Shown here: one piece after another, positions 1 to 8,313 of the stretch
Numbering within the stretch: the stretch's first letter is position 1
Layout: every line of letters starts with the position of its first letter
Virus record (IMG/VR): IMGVR_UViG_2778261056_000006
Location: 1 to 42,371 of that record
From: a virus
Taxonomy: Duplodnaviria > Heunggongvirae > Uroviricota > Caudoviricetes
Reading direction: 5' to 3' (one strand)
Length of the DNA: 42,371 bases
The notes under the pieces: generated by a model
Databases searched by the model: none
Told to the model about the DNA's origin: nothing
The model's input: only the letters and a program-made list of their open reading frames with translations
Translations under genes and position numbers: made by a program

Positions 1-243
1 TTAATTTATCTGCTTTTTATCCTCCCACTCTTTGATTGACTCAGAGCGCCAGCGGTTAGGGTTGCCGGGCCAGTCAGGGGGTGGGAACGGGCATACGAAG
101 CCCCGAGGCATTGTGTCTGCACTTTGCCATGACCAAAGGGTTTTGCGTGAAATTTTGTAGCGACTGGTCAGGTCTGACGTTACCAAAATATCATCCATAG
201 CTCTCTCCAGTTGCCCGTTCGGGCCATTCAAAATCTTTTTCAA
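1..243 (-). CDS. putative excisionase-like / AlpA-type DNA-binding protein
   Basis: 80-aa ORF with TTG start; small basic protein with winged-helix-like segment (ISRKTLWSW...GNPNRWRSESIKEW) in the xis position left of the recombination genes; assignment by motif recall only. Confidence 0.4.
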   Translation of the reverse strand: MKKILNGPNGQLERAMDDILVTSDLTSRYKISRKTLWSWQSADTMPRGFVCPFPPPDWPGNPNRWRSESIKEWEDKKQIN

Positions 244-482
244 CCAACCTGCCCGGGCAGGGAGCGGAGACGGCGCATGCCGGTCATCGCTGTGGCCACG
301 TAGCTCGCCTTTCGGTTCACCACCTCCACCCAGACTTTCACGCCTTCAACCTTCACCGTATAAGTCTCTTTCATCTTGCTTCGCCCATAGTCGCCATATG
401 TTTGCAAGTGAGCTGCCAGCGCGATGTCGCATGCTTGGCGAGCTAAAGGTGATTGCTTACTTCCTCGATTGATCAGTCGCAT
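240..482 (-). CDS. hypothetical protein
   Basis: 80-aa ORF with strong SD (AAGGAG 7 nt upstream of ATG at 482); its stop overlaps the start of the downstream ORF. Confidence 0.45.
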   Translation of the reverse strand: MRLINRGSKQSPLARQACDIALAAHLQTYGDYGRSKMKETYTVKVEGVKVWVEVVNRKASYVATAMTGMRRLRSLPGQVG

Positions 483-520
483 ATAATCTCCTTGAGGGAG
501 GGTTACCCCTCCCGGTCTCG

Positions 521-1639
521 TCAGGCCACGTATTCCGGTTTCATATCCGCCAGGGTGATGCTGAATTGATCGTGCAGTTCATCGCCTAAGTGACGCTTTG
601 AAGATGCAAGCATGCGCTCGGCTTCAGCGAACCGTTCGGCTGCATGCGGCTCGTCGGGCTGGGGCAGGGATTTAATAGCCTCCTCAACCTTGTTGCGTGC
701 ATCCACTAGGTAATAACGCTTTACGGCTTTGTTTTTCAGCTCGGTGAATAGTGCGGATCCCAGCGTAGCTTTCGCCGTTTCAATGTCGGCACGCAGCGAT
801 TTGGCGCTATCCACGTCCTGAGCAGATTCGATGCGTTCGCGGAAATCATCGGCAAGAGAGTCGACATTTACCGACGATTCCTGTGCGCTTTGCGTGGTTG
901 TGACGGTGTCACCTGAGATATCAGCCAGGCTAACGCGTTGCGGCGTTGGGTTGATCTCTTTTTCTGTGCGCTGTTCAATCTCATCAGGGGTGTACACACC
1001 AAGAACAACTGCAGGGCAATACAGGCGCGCCCAGTATTTGAGTGCCAGATAAGCGATCTGCTGTTTCGGGTTTGATACCCAAAGTGGAGAATTACGTGTG
1101 ATTACGCTGGAGAGGAAAACAGGCTCTCCCCAGGTGATATCACTTTCACCGCGAATAACGGCACCTACCCGTACCGACAGTCCTTGTTCATCAGCACTTT
1201 CCCAACCGCGTACCATTTCTTTCTTGTCGTACGTCCCGCCACCTTTCGCAGGCTTTTTAACGGTTATCTCGCGGCTGCTGGCACATTTCGACCAGTCGCC
1301 CTCGTACTCATAGTGAAAGCGGCCAACGATGGCGTTTGAGCTGGAGATCACCGCATTAACCAGTTGCGCTTCGTATCCCAGGACACCGTTAACCAGGTGC
1401 GTCTTTTGCGCCACGGCGTAAGGGTTCATACCCCACTGCATCGCCTGCATGATGATGGCCATGCAGTCTGCCGGATTGCCGCGGAGGTGCTCAGGCACCG
1501 TTACGGCTGCCTGTGCCATCAACCCGGCGACAGACTGAAGCTGGGTTAAAGCCTGCACGTTGAAAATGGCATTGCTGGCTGAGATCGTGTTTGGAGTCTG
1601 CTGTTCAGCGGTTACGATATTCGTGTTTTCCATCATCAT
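521..1639 (-). CDS. recT: RecT-family single-strand annealing recombinase
   Basis: 372 aa, immediately downstream of recE in the same operon; C-terminal region (NSPLWVSNPKQQIAYLALKYWARLYCP) resembles the RecT signature; three consecutive ATGs follow a GGGGA SD so exact start is ambiguous (1633-1639). Confidence 0.7.
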   Translation of the reverse strand: MMMENTNIVTAEQQTPNTISASNAIFNVQALTQLQSVAGLMAQAAVTVPEHLRGNPADCMAIIMQAMQWGMNPYAVAQKTHLVNGVLGYEAQLVNAVISSSNAIVGRFHYEYEGDWSKCASSREITVKKPAKGGGTYDKKEMVRGWESADEQGLSVRVGAVIRGESDITWGEPVFLSSVITRNSPLWVSNPKQQIAYLALKYWARLYCPAVVLGVYTPDEIEQRTEKEINPTPQRVSLADISGDTVTTTQSAQESSVNVDSLADDFRERIESAQDVDSAKSLRADIETAKATLGSALFTELKNKAVKRYYLVDARNKVEEAIKSLPQPDEPHAAERFAEAERMLASSKRHLGDELHDQFSITLADMKPEYVA

Positions 1640-1644
1640 TCCCC

Positions 1645-4600
1645 TTATGCCTGAGTACGCAGCGCTTCAAGGCGGCGCAGGTCGAAGTCGTTCAGTTCGT
1701 CGGTGTAGTCAGCAGTGATTGGCGCTGGCCATTCACCTGTGTCGAATCCGGTTGCGATATTGCGCATCGCTTTGCGGTACTCGAGCATACCCAGCTCCAG
1801 TAGTTCAGCGGATGCCTCGATGATGGCGATCCAGTGGTAGTTCTCGTCTTTGTTGACGAAAATCCAGAAGAACTGATCCAGCGCTGCGGTTTCGCAGTAC
1901 ATAGCCGCGCTCAGGTGATAATCACGTTCAATAATTTCCCGGTGTAGCCTGGCGCGCAGGCTTTCCTGCTTAACATTCCACATGCTGATGGTTTTCAGGT
2001 CTGCACCTATACGCACGCCATCCAGGTCGATCTCAAGGTCAGGGCGCACACGAACTTCCAAGCCCGTCTCCTCGTCAAAACCAAAGTAGCTCACCTCAAC
2101 GGCTCGGCTAGGGTGGGTCAGCAGCATGCCGGCGGTCGGGTGTGCCAGAAGCGCTTTTTGAATATTCAGCGCGGTGCTCAGCTGCTGGCGGGTGACCAGC
2201 ACTTTTCCTTCCGGGTTATCGCGCCAGGCATCCAGCAGTTCGTCGGCAAATACGGCATCTGGTTTGACTGCCTTCACGGCCTGGATCATGTCTGCTTTGG
2301 TACCGGACACTTTCAGTGGTGCCGGTTTCTGTGCTTCCTGAGCCACAAGGTCAGGGTTGATGATTGCCAACTGCTCCAGCAGCGCGTCACGGCTGCCGCT
2401 GGTTTTAACCGGCGGCGGCAGGGTGGCGTTGTACTCTTTAATGCATGCCTTCATTGCCGTCGCCGTCTGCTTCTGGTCACCATCAATACGCTGGAAGTCA
2501 GCTGGCAGCGCCATATAGTTCTGTGCCGTTTCTTCCAGGTTAGCGCCAAGCGGAACCTGCGGCGGCAGGGTGGCGTTGTACTCTTCCAGTAACACCTTGA
2601 TGTCGTCGGCAGACAGCAGCGCCGGCAGGCTGGCATTGTGCTCATCGATAAAGGCGCGCAGGGTCGCGGCCGTTGTGAATGCGCCTTCAGGGATCACCGG
2701 TTCAACGCTGAATTCTGCGTCCAGTAGTTCAGGCTGCAACGCCAGCGCATGCACCAAGTTGCCCATGTCCAGCACCGCTGAGCGCTCTTTGACGATGGTT
2801 TTCTCTACGTGGCGCGCATTGAAGTACATCAGCGAAACGCGCGCATCTTTCACCTGGGTTGAGCTGATGCCGTTGGCGGCGTGGTAAACCTCGTTTGGCA
2901 GCCCTTCATAGCGGCCTGGCTCGAAATAAGCGGGATAAACAACAGCCGGTTCGTCAGATTGCGCTTCTGGCTCGGTTTGTGCTGCAACTGGTTCGGTTTG
3001 GCTTACAGAATCGCTATTTTTGGCGACAGAATCCGTATTCTGGTTTACATCGTCCTTCTGGCTGGTATCTGACTCTTCACCAGACTCCAGACTGCTTTCG
3101 CCTGGCTGTACTTCATCACCAGCTTGTTTTTCATCACTGACAGTTTCTTGAACCTGCACATTGCTGGTGGTCTCCGTAGCCTTTTTCGTGCCATGAGTTG
3201 CTGAGTTCTGCAGCAAAGCCGTAACGTCGAATATTCCGTTGCCGACATTTTTAACCAGTTCTTGTTCGACTTTCTGCGGTTGTGCTGCCGCTTCCTCTGC
3301 GCGGCGGCGTGCTCCTTCTTCACGCACGCGTTGCAGGTTCTCTTCGTGAGTGCAGAAGGATTTGCGCGGAGACTCCTTACCTTCAGGTTGGGGAATTTCC
3401 TGTGCTGCGGGTTCAGCCTCATGCAACGGCAATAACTCGACCGCGGAATTGAACGCGGCTGTCATGGTCTGGTTAACAAATTCCAGGTGAGCGACAGGAG
3501 TTAAATGAATATTTTCCGGTGCGATACGTACCAGGTTAAAAATAGCCGTGCGGTTAACACCCAGAACGCCTGGCTGATTGCGCAGGATGTTGCTCCATGA
3601 TTTCCATGGTTCTTCTTTTTTGGTCACGATTTCTTTAGCGCGACGAAGAATGCTGCCCGGGATCTCGAAGTGGTTGAAGTCCATAGGCAGAAGGGCACAC
3701 GCAATCTCTAAATCGAGAGTGTCCAGTGTGTGGTGTGCGTCAGGTCCACGGTCAGTGACGTAACCGCCGTCGGCATTAGTGCCGGAATCAGTACGCTGCA
3801 CACTACTGATGCGATTACCGGCGGCCCATTCGCGAACGAGGATACCGCGGTCGATGTGATCTGTAGCGAACCACAATTTCAAAAACTGGATTAAGGTTGC
3901 GAGTTCAGGGATTTTTCCATCGACAGGGAAGACTTTCTTAACGGCATTCACGACTTTATGAATATCGTGCTCAATGGCTTTTTTGAATGCTTCCACATTC
4001 TCAGCTGCCAGCAGCAGGTTCTGGACGTACGCGTCATCGGTGTCCATCTCAAGGCGGACAATCTCATTTTTCTGCCCTGCGTCGATGTGATAGAGATATT
4101 CACCATCACCGATGAACTGAGCCAGTACGCGCTGGCGGAATGGCAGGGTGGCAACAACGATCAGGTTCGGTTGCTGTGTCTGCTGGGATTGCTCTTCGGT
4201 ATCGACTTCACCATCAACGACGCCACCTTCTGCCCGGCCGTTCTCGTCGGTCTGGATACCGTCCTCAACAGTGAGATCTTGACCCGTTGTAACGTCAGCA
4301 GCGTTGCTGGTTTCAGTTTTGAGCAACTGCAACTTACCACTGCGCCAGTCTTCTACCAGTTGATTGCGGTCACCGGCATCGGTGTTCACCCAGTCAGACA
4401 TGAATGCAGCGATCAATCTTGGTTCGTGCTCTTCGTCTGGTGTGAAAATGTCCTTAACCGCCCGAATCATTTTCCACTCAGCATTCAGGCTGAGTTTGGC
4501 GGTCGCGGGCACATCGTTCCTTGCCACAAGCAGGCTATGGAGATATGTATTGCCTTCATCCAGTGACATTTCGCTGGCAGCCAACTGCTGCTCTTTAGTG

Positions 4601-5034
4601 ACGTGGGTTTGGTATTTATCGTTCATCAGATGGACGGCAAAGCGGACCGCTGGAGTACGGTTTTCAACCGGGACAATTTCGGACGCAGTCGCATCTTCAA
4701 CGATTACGGTCGGAGTAGGTGTGTAGGGGGCGTCAACGGAACCAGTAGACACACCAGCGGCTTTTGGCAGCCAGGTGCGCCCATCGTCCTGAAGCTCGTA
4801 GCGATCACACCAGGTAAAATCAACTTCACCTTCTTTCGGCAGGCCGTCGACAACTGGGAAATCAGTGCGAATCGGTTTGGCGTAGTCCTTACCCCGACCT
4901 GTTTCGATACCTGCATCTTCCAGCGCAACATCCAGCATCAGATTGGCGCGAGCCTCGGTTTTAGCAGTGAACCAGACCACTGCATCTTGCTTTCCGGATT
5001 TCTGAGTGGCTTTAACCACATTAAAGAATTCCAT
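1645..5034 (-). CDS. recE: exodeoxyribonuclease VIII (RecE), enlarged variant
   Basis: 1129 aa; N-terminus (SGKQDAVVWF...FPVVDGLPKEGEVDFTWCDRYELQDDGRTW) and mid region (DRGILVREWAAGNRISSVQRTDSGTNADGGYVTDRG) closely match E. coli Rac RecE; C-terminal PD-(D/E)xK-like nuclease segment (RVRPDLEIDLDGVRIGADLKT). Confidence 0.8.
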   Translation of the reverse strand: MEFFNVVKATQKSGKQDAVVWFTAKTEARANLMLDVALEDAGIETGRGKDYAKPIRTDFPVVDGLPKEGEVDFTWCDRYELQDDGRTWLPKAAGVSTGSVDAPYTPTPTVIVEDATASEIVPVENRTPAVRFAVHLMNDKYQTHVTKEQQLAASEMSLDEGNTYLHSLLVARNDVPATAKLSLNAEWKMIRAVKDIFTPDEEHEPRLIAAFMSDWVNTDAGDRNQLVEDWRSGKLQLLKTETSNAADVTTGQDLTVEDGIQTDENGRAEGGVVDGEVDTEEQSQQTQQPNLIVVATLPFRQRVLAQFIGDGEYLYHIDAGQKNEIVRLEMDTDDAYVQNLLLAAENVEAFKKAIEHDIHKVVNAVKKVFPVDGKIPELATLIQFLKLWFATDHIDRGILVREWAAGNRISSVQRTDSGTNADGGYVTDRGPDAHHTLDTLDLEIACALLPMDFNHFEIPGSILRRAKEIVTKKEEPWKSWSNILRNQPGVLGVNRTAIFNLVRIAPENIHLTPVAHLEFVNQTMTAAFNSAVELLPLHEAEPAAQEIPQPEGKESPRKSFCTHEENLQRVREEGARRRAEEAAAQPQKVEQELVKNVGNGIFDVTALLQNSATHGTKKATETTSNVQVQETVSDEKQAGDEVQPGESSLESGEESDTSQKDDVNQNTDSVAKNSDSVSQTEPVAAQTEPEAQSDEPAVVYPAYFEPGRYEGLPNEVYHAANGISSTQVKDARVSLMYFNARHVEKTIVKERSAVLDMGNLVHALALQPELLDAEFSVEPVIPEGAFTTAATLRAFIDEHNASLPALLSADDIKVLLEEYNATLPPQVPLGANLEETAQNYMALPADFQRIDGDQKQTATAMKACIKEYNATLPPPVKTSGSRDALLEQLAIINPDLVAQEAQKPAPLKVSGTKADMIQAVKAVKPDAVFADELLDAWRDNPEGKVLVTRQQLSTALNIQKALLAHPTAGMLLTHPSRAVEVSYFGFDEETGLEVRVRPDLEIDLDGVRIGADLKTISMWNVKQESLRARLHREIIERDYHLSAAMYCETAALDQFFWIFVNKDENYHWIAIIEASAELLELGMLEYRKAMRNIATGFDTGEWPAPITADYTDELNDFDLRRLEALRTQA

Positions 5035-5174
5035 GTGAGATCCTCATTTTTGGGTGTTAGAATCCCCGGACCATTGATAGCGCCCATTGGGTTAACTTTG
5101 GTTTTAATGTTGTTTCCGGTGTAACTTTGGTCGGTGAGGCCGGACATGGCGGGCCCACTTCGGTGGGCTTTCGC

Positions 5175-5462
5175 TTAACTGACGGCTACGATCGCCTCAT
5201 TCATAAAATCTTGCTTGTATGTACGGTAGGTTCCCCAGCCGGCGTAATCGCTATCGCTGATTTTGAGTACCAGCAAGCTGATCTCCTCAATGGCGCAGTG
5301 CGGGCAATCAAACTTGCCAAGCACATAGCCACCGTCGAGAATGACTGTTGTTTCACCGTTTGTAGTTGAGTGAATAACGCCTGATACTTTCTTCTCGCAG
5401 TTGAATGCAGCCACTTCTTTATTCACTGCTTTCAGGTTCATTTCGATTTTTACGATTTCCAT
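5175..5462 (-). CDS. hypothetical early-left protein
   Basis: 95-aa ORF in the leftward early operon between recE and the PL-like promoter. Confidence 0.5.
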   Translation of the reverse strand: MEIVKIEMNLKAVNKEVAAFNCEKKVSGVIHSTTNGETTVILDGGYVLGKFDCPHCAIEEISLLVLKISDSDYAGWGTYRTYKQDFMNEAIVAVS

Positions 5463-5547
5463 AAAATCTCCAGTTGTTAAATTAAGGGTGTAAGAAGCCG
5501 CGCCAAATTAATGGCGAATTTTTCATTTCATATTTCAGGACTGCTAT

Positions 5548-5709
5548 TTAACTTTCGTGCGCCATCTGGTCGTATTCAGCGCATTGCTTAGAGCAATATT
5601 CTTTTTCTTTCTGTGCCAGTTGCGAACCGTTGAGATAGAGAAGGGTGCTCTTGATTACTTCCTCCGTTTTAACCGGCTTGCCGCAATATCCGCATTTCTT
5701 GTCTAACAT
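5548..5709 (-). CDS. small zinc-ribbon protein (YdaE-like position), absent from ORF track
   Basis: 53-aa ORF found by manual translation: MLDKKCGYCGKPVKTEEVIKSTLLYLNGSQLAQKEKEYCSKQCAEYDQMAHES; CxxC...CxxxC motif; strong SD GGAGG 5 nt upstream of ATG at 5709. Confidence 0.55.
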   Translation of the reverse strand: MLDKKCGYCGKPVKTEEVIKSTLLYLNGSQLAQKEKEYCSKQCAEYDQMAHES

Positions 5710-5720
5710 GACATCCTCCG

Positions 5721-6071
5721 CTAGTGGCTGAGTCCATGCCCCAGACCGTTCAGATAAACTTCAACCAGCAAATCCTTGGTGTAAGTCATCTCCACGCCGC
5801 GATGCAGATACAAACGTCCGCGAGCGTTAGCTGATGCCGTCCAGGTTGAGTCTTTGTGTTTGACGAGCATCCCCGGCTGAACTGCGCCGCGGTTTACCGT
5901 CTGTGTACCGTAGTGCTGATGAACCATGATGTTCTCCACTATTGCTGAGTGAACTTCGCTGGTGGTGCCGTGGTGCTGATCTTCACAGTTGAGCGTTTTA
6001 ACTCTGCAGTTCACCACCGCGAAGCTCACTCTGTGCTTTGCCCTTGTCGCCAGGCTGGCGGAACGTTTCAA
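5721..6071 (-). CDS. hypothetical protein, first gene of leftward operon (Kil-like position); start uncertain
   Basis: 116-aa ORF beginning with TTG; internal ATGs at residues 49 and 68 would give a 68- or 49-aa product; directly downstream of the PL-like promoter. Confidence 0.35.
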   Translation of the reverse strand: MKRSASLATRAKHRVSFAVVNCRVKTLNCEDQHHGTTSEVHSAIVENIMVHQHYGTQTVNRGAVQPGMLVKHKDSTWTASANARGRLYLHRGVEMTYTKDLLVEVYLNGLGHGLSH

Positions 6072-6170
6072 ACCTACTGCGCGTTAATCTCACCACCTCA
6101 TTCCGGTTTTCGTATGCCCCGGACGGCTACTTCGTGGGCGTCCTGCTTTGGTGGTTGTGTTGATGGAGTA

Positions 6171-6199
6171 AGTAAAACACCGCTTTACCATTAAGTCAA
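6171..6199 (-). promoter_or_regulatory. PL-like leftward promoter overlapped by operator OL (GTAAAACACCGCTTTAC at 6172-6188)
   Basis: On minus strand TTGACT(-35, 6199-6194)-17 bp-TTTACT(-10, 6176-6171); operator dyad GTAAA-N5-GCTTTAC overlaps spacer and -10; near-identical to the PR arrangement. Confidence 0.5.
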
Positions 6200-6261
6200 G
6201 CAATGCAGATTCAAAAGGTAAAGCATAGCTGTATGTTGGGCGAAATTTATCCAGATTAGAG

Positions 6262-6513
6262 ATGATTGCATCAACTAAAAGTGTGTATGATGAAAAAAAA
6301 CATCATTGGGGGTGGGATGTGGAAAAGTTCTACGTGGGTTACAACGATGTATGTCAGGCGGTAGGTAGAGCGACGCTGAATCTGATATCACATGGAGACG
6401 CGCCAACTACTGAGGCGATCATTTCAATGCTTGAGTCGCTGGGGGATATTGAGAAGAACGATTTTTGGCGGCAGGTGTTCAGGTTTGCTGCTGAGGAAGT
6501 GCGAAAAGGGTAG
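6262..6513 (+). CDS. hypothetical protein (rightward gene between OL and the repressor operon)
   Basis: 83-aa ORF with ATG start, convergent with the repressor operon, ends at a shared hairpin terminator. Confidence 0.5.
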   Translation: MIASTKSVYDEKKHHWGWDVEKFYVGYNDVCQAVGRATLNLISHGDAPTTEAIISMLESLGDIEKNDFWRQVFRFAAEEVRKG

Positions 6514-6518
6514 GCAAT

Positions 6519-6550
6519 AAAAAACCCGGCGCAGTGGCCGGATTATTTAC
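6519..6550. terminator. bidirectional intrinsic terminator between convergent genes
   Basis: A6 run, stem CCGGC(6526-6530)/GCCGG(6537-6541) with 6-nt loop, then AT-rich tail; U-run available on both strands. Confidence 0.55.
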
Positions 6551-7154
6551 TATTCTGAGGTGCAGGTGCAGGTGCAGGTGCAGGTGCAGGTGCAGGTGCA
6601 GGTTGTATTATCTCGACAGGTTTTAGATGAGATTGCACTTGGGGCAACGCGAGAATTACGGCAAGCAATGCTAAAATGGCACCAACCATCCACTGAAGAG
6701 TGGCTGATGTCGTCTTTAAACCATCGATCTGCCCTTTTAATCCTTCGATTTGTCCTTTTAGGCCAGTAAACTCACCATTAACCCCTGAAATCTGAGCTTT
6801 AATTTCCGACATAGAGGTATTCATTGCAGAAAACTGCTGCGCTTGAAAGGCCCTAAATTCAGCCATTTCACGCCGCATCTCGGCGGCCACTACATCCACC
6901 TCTGCTTTGTTCTGAGCAAACTTGGCGTCAAGTTCTTCCCTTGAGATACCCACAGCATCTACCTCAGCATCTTCGCCTTTAACAATGGTTTGACTTTTAG
7001 ATAATGGATTCGTTCTACTTTTCCCCATTTTTGTTAAAATCGGGTTTTTCGGTCGAATATTTACCACATCCGCTTTTTCATGATATGCGGGCATGTGAAA
7101 TGCGTCAACTTTGACGTCAGGCGACGAGGTTTTGCGAATTGAGGCTCCATCCAC
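6543..7154 (-). CDS. membrane-anchored coiled-coil protein with C-terminal (Pro-Ala)n tail
   Basis: 203 aa; heptad-like GLKGQIEGLKGQIDGLK, one predicted TM helix (WMVGAILALLAVILAL), then PAPAPAPAPAPAPAP encoded by a hexanucleotide repeat; GTG start at 7154 (alternative ATGs at residues 21 and 43). Confidence 0.55.
   Translation of the reverse strand: MDGASIRKTSSPDVKVDAFHMPAYHEKADVVNIRPKNPILTKMGKSRTNPLSKSQTIVKGEDAEVDAVGISREELDAKFAQNKAEVDVVAAEMRREMAEFRAFQAQQFSAMNTSMSEIKAQISGVNGEFTGLKGQIEGLKGQIDGLKTTSATLQWMVGAILALLAVILALPQVQSHLKPVEIIQPAPAPAPAPAPAPAPQNSK
6559..6602. repeat. hexanucleotide microsatellite (GGTGCA)7 = minus-strand (CCTGCA)n encoding (Pro-Ala)n
   Basis: Seven perfect tandem copies read directly from sequence, inside the 3' end of the 6543-7154 CDS. 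Confidence 0.9.
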
Positions 7155-7159
7155 TTAAA

Positions 7160-7465
7160 TTAATCCTGCTTTTTAAGTTCGCGCTCAAAGGGTTCAATGA
7201 GACCCGGATCCATAACAGTAGCATTAAGTATTGCTTGAGCCATGTTTTTTGCCATAGACATTGGTAGAGTGACTGAACTAGTAGCCTCAAGAAACATATT
7301 CACCCCAGCTTCAGTATTCGTTTCATCAGGAATGTTCAAGTTGTCGACCACATGTCTACAAAAAGTAATGTGGCAATAGGCATTATCTCCGACATTCATT
7401 CCAGTAGTTATAAAAACATCCGCAAATCCAGCGTTGTAGTCTTTAGATTTTTTGATTTCTGGCAT
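7160..7465 (-). CDS. hypothetical protein
   Basis: 101-aa ORF with SD AAGGAG upstream of ATG at 7465; co-oriented with the repressor genes. Confidence 0.55.
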   Translation of the reverse strand: MPEIKKSKDYNAGFADVFITTGMNVGDNAYCHITFCRHVVDNLNIPDETNTEAGVNMFLEATSSVTLPMSMAKNMAQAILNATVMDPGLIEPFERELKKQD

Positions 7466-7505
7466 ATCTCACTACTCCTTCATTTTAAGATGAAATTGTC
7501 TTGCA

Positions 7506-7916
7506 TTATTCCATATCACCCTTAATCCGCCGCCCCATATACTTGGCGTACAGTTCATCGAGTTCTTTCAATCGTAGAGATACGATCCGCAACATGTTCT
7601 GTTGTTCTTCTTCGTTTGGGAGTTGATTATAGAGTTCCAACAGTCTCCGTTCGTCGTGTCTCAAACCGTCCTTAGCATCCACGTCCTGACCTAGAACCCA
7701 CTCAAGACTTACGCCTAGCGCATCGGCAAGTTTTATTGCTGAGCTTTTTCCTATCGCTCCTCTGACAAACCAGTTGTTGACTGATTGTGCGCTCACACCA
7801 CAGATTCTCGCTATATCCGCTTTGGATATGCGCTTCTTCTCGATGATTTCATTTAACCGCCGAACCTGCGGGTTATCTGTTTGGTGTGTGTTTTTTCTCA
7901 TGTACAAGAGTATCAC
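7506..7916 (-). CDS. XRE-family HTH regulator, paralogue of the prophage repressor
   Basis: N-terminal HTH (ISKADIARICGVSAQSVNNWF), C-terminal segment nearly identical to the adjacent repressor (LELYNQLP.EEEQQNM.RI.SLRLKELDELYAKYM.RRI.GD); ORF starts at GTG 7916, first ATG at 7901. Confidence 0.65.
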   Translation of the reverse strand: MILLYMRKNTHQTDNPQVRRLNEIIEKKRISKADIARICGVSAQSVNNWFVRGAIGKSSAIKLADALGVSLEWVLGQDVDAKDGLRHDERRLLELYNQLPNEEEQQNMLRIVSLRLKELDELYAKYMGRRIKGDME

Positions 7917-7920
7917 TTAG

Positions 7921-8304
7921 CTAATCAGCATCGCCCCTGATTCTGCGATTCATGTACTTGGCATATAGTTCATCGAGTTCCTTCAGACGCAGGGAGAAGA
8001 TCCTTATCATATTCTGCTGTTCTTCTTCCGGTAACTGTCTGTAGAGCTCCAGAATACGTTGTTCATCAGGCTTAAGGCCATCCTTCTCTCCAACATCCTC
8101 ACCAAGTAGCCAGGGGACGGATACCCCAGCAGCATCAGCAACCGCTAATGCAGAACTTTTGCTGATTCTTCCTGTTTTGAACCAACTGGAAACAGCTTGC
8201 TTACTGACGCCAGCAACCCTGGCCATCTCTGTTTTAGAGAAACCTTTCCGGTTCAGTTCTGTAAGCCTGGAGATCAGCCCAGTAGTCATTGTGTTTTCGC
8301 TCAT
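7921..8304 (-). CDS. CI-like prophage repressor (short XRE-HTH type, no S24 peptidase domain)
   Basis: HTH (FSKTEMARVAGVSKQAVSSWF) plus C-terminal oligomerisation-like domain; divergent from the Cro-like gene across an operator region; in-frame ORF extends to 8388 but that would bury the operators in coding sequence, so ATG 8304 (or 8289) is the likely start, possibly leaderless. Confidence 0.6.
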   Translation of the reverse strand: MSENTMTTGLISRLTELNRKGFSKTEMARVAGVSKQAVSSWFKTGRISKSSALAVADAAGVSVPWLLGEDVGEKDGLKPDEQRILELYRQLPEEEQQNMIRIFSLRLKELDELYAKYMNRRIRGDAD

Positions 8305-8313
8305 TTCACTAGT

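Noticed and set aside
483-520. GGGAGGG-ttac-CCCTCCC hairpin between recT and the 240-482 gene
   Set aside because: Perfect 7-bp stem but no T-run on the transcribed strand, and it sits inside an operon just before an SD; function cannot be assigned from sequence.
2113-3140. Plus-strand ORFs of 81-159 aa overlapping recE
   Set aside because: They lie antisense inside a well-supported 1129-aa gene, have no SD, and are low-complexity; typical spurious frames.
5152-5169. GC stem with UUCG tetraloop downstream of the 5175-5462 gene
   Set aside because: No U-run follows it on the minus (coding) strand, so it is not a convincing intrinsic terminator for that gene; possibly a stability element, not called.
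6559-6602. Possible CRISPR array (also considered for 23001-23148)
   Set aside because: Repeat units are 6-9 bp with no unique spacers of regular length, and no cas genes are present; these are a coding microsatellite and terminase-binding repeats.
6560-6769. Plus-strand ORF beginning MQVQVQVQ...
   Set aside because: It is the antisense reading of the (Pro-Ala)n microsatellite; the minus-strand membrane protein is the coherent gene.
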